32,000 nt of DNA. It comes from Candidatus Iainarchaeum sp. (lineage in GTDB: Archaea > Iainarchaeota > Iainarchaeia > Iainarchaeales > JACQJH01). A model generated the notes under the pieces. That model was not told the origin of the DNA and did no database searches. It was given only the letters and a program-made list of their open reading frames with translations. Every line of letters starts with the position of its first letter. Positions within the stretch are counted from its first letter, which is position 1. The stretch covers positions 480,001-512,000 of the forward strand of contig JACQJH010000001.1 of NCBI GenBank assembly GCA_016205145.1, in the 5' to 3' direction. The position numbers and the translations under genes are program-made. Shown here one piece after another: positions 31,803 to 32,000 of this stretch.

Positions 31803-32000
31803 CTAGTTAAGTAATTTTTCGCATTCTGCACTTGATTCACGCCATATACAAAATGTTACTTCTTTTTCTAGGGGGTATGACTGTTCTGTGCAATTTTCAC
31901 AATAGAGGGATACATTTAATTTGTGTAAGCCCACGGGGACGTTTTCTGGGTTACACTTTTGTTTATGTGCCCCGTCTGGCCTCTCGCTGCAGGCATTGAA
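31803..32000 (-). CDS. C-terminal fragment of a Cys-rich protein (N-terminus beyond window)
   Basis: The minus frame is open from the window edge to TAG (31803-31805): ...CSERPDGAHKQKCNPENVPVGLHKLNVSLYCENCTEQSYPLEKEVTFCIWRESSAECEKLLN*. Confidence 0.35.
   Translation of the reverse strand, partial: FNACSERPDGAHKQKCNPENVPVGLHKLNVSLYCENCTEQSYPLEKEVTFCIWRESSAECEKLLN

Larger units (their letters stand above)
24527..32000 (+). mobile_element. integrated element (plasmid/provirus-like) at the 3' side of tRNA-Leu; right end not in window
   Basis: An intact tyrosine integrase starts 61 nt after the tRNA. It is followed by small RHH, Zn-ribbon and wHTH genes typical of archaeal mobile elements, iteron-like regions, patchy lower G+C and no housekeeping genes. 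Confidence 0.7.

Noticed and set aside
24527-32000. Search for attR, a direct repeat of the tRNA-Leu 3' end (GGTTCGAATCCGCTACCCCGC)
   Set aside because: No copy or partial copy was seen by eye in the window, so the right boundary of the element cannot be called.

Overview
Archaeal chromosomal segment. The evidence is tRNA genes with bulge-helix-bulge (BHB) introns and no encoded CCA, BRE/TATA-like boxes about 25-30 nt upstream of leaderless starts, oligo-T terminators and many TTG/GTG starts. All calls come from reading the sequence and recognising motifs; no database search was run. Left third: a translationally coupled tryptophan operon, trpE-[doc toxin cassette]-[44-aa bridge ORF]-[unknown 266-aa ORF]-trpG-trpD-trpC-trpB-trpA, with no trpF visible, followed by tRNA-Ala(CGC). 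Middle: housekeeping and envelope genes. These are a Cys/Met PLP enzyme, a lipoprotein, a minus-strand glycosidase-MFS-MBL hydrolase cluster, an 849-aa FN3 surface protein, MinD-like ATPase, rpe, nnr, an FTR1 iron permease divergent from a wHTH-PAS regulator, a PIF1-like helicase, a sharply AT-rich single-gene islet and a long fused guaA. Right third: a hairpin-dense non-coding block, tRNA-Ser(UGA), a secreted FKBP, tRNA-Ser(GGA) and tRNA-Leu(GAG). These are followed by a tyrosine-integrase-led integrated element (RHH, zinc-ribbon and wHTH genes, iteron-like regions) that runs to the window end. The most unusual signal is a family of conserved structured RNA modules flanking tRNA genes: a 5' leader and a roughly 65-nt two-hairpin 3' trailer. 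Their single-stranded linkers are conserved while their stems differ by compensatory changes. Other notable points are the 100- and 120-nt multi-hairpin introns in both tRNA-Ser genes and a Doc toxin cassette bounded by a 16-nt direct repeat exactly at the trpE stop/start junction.
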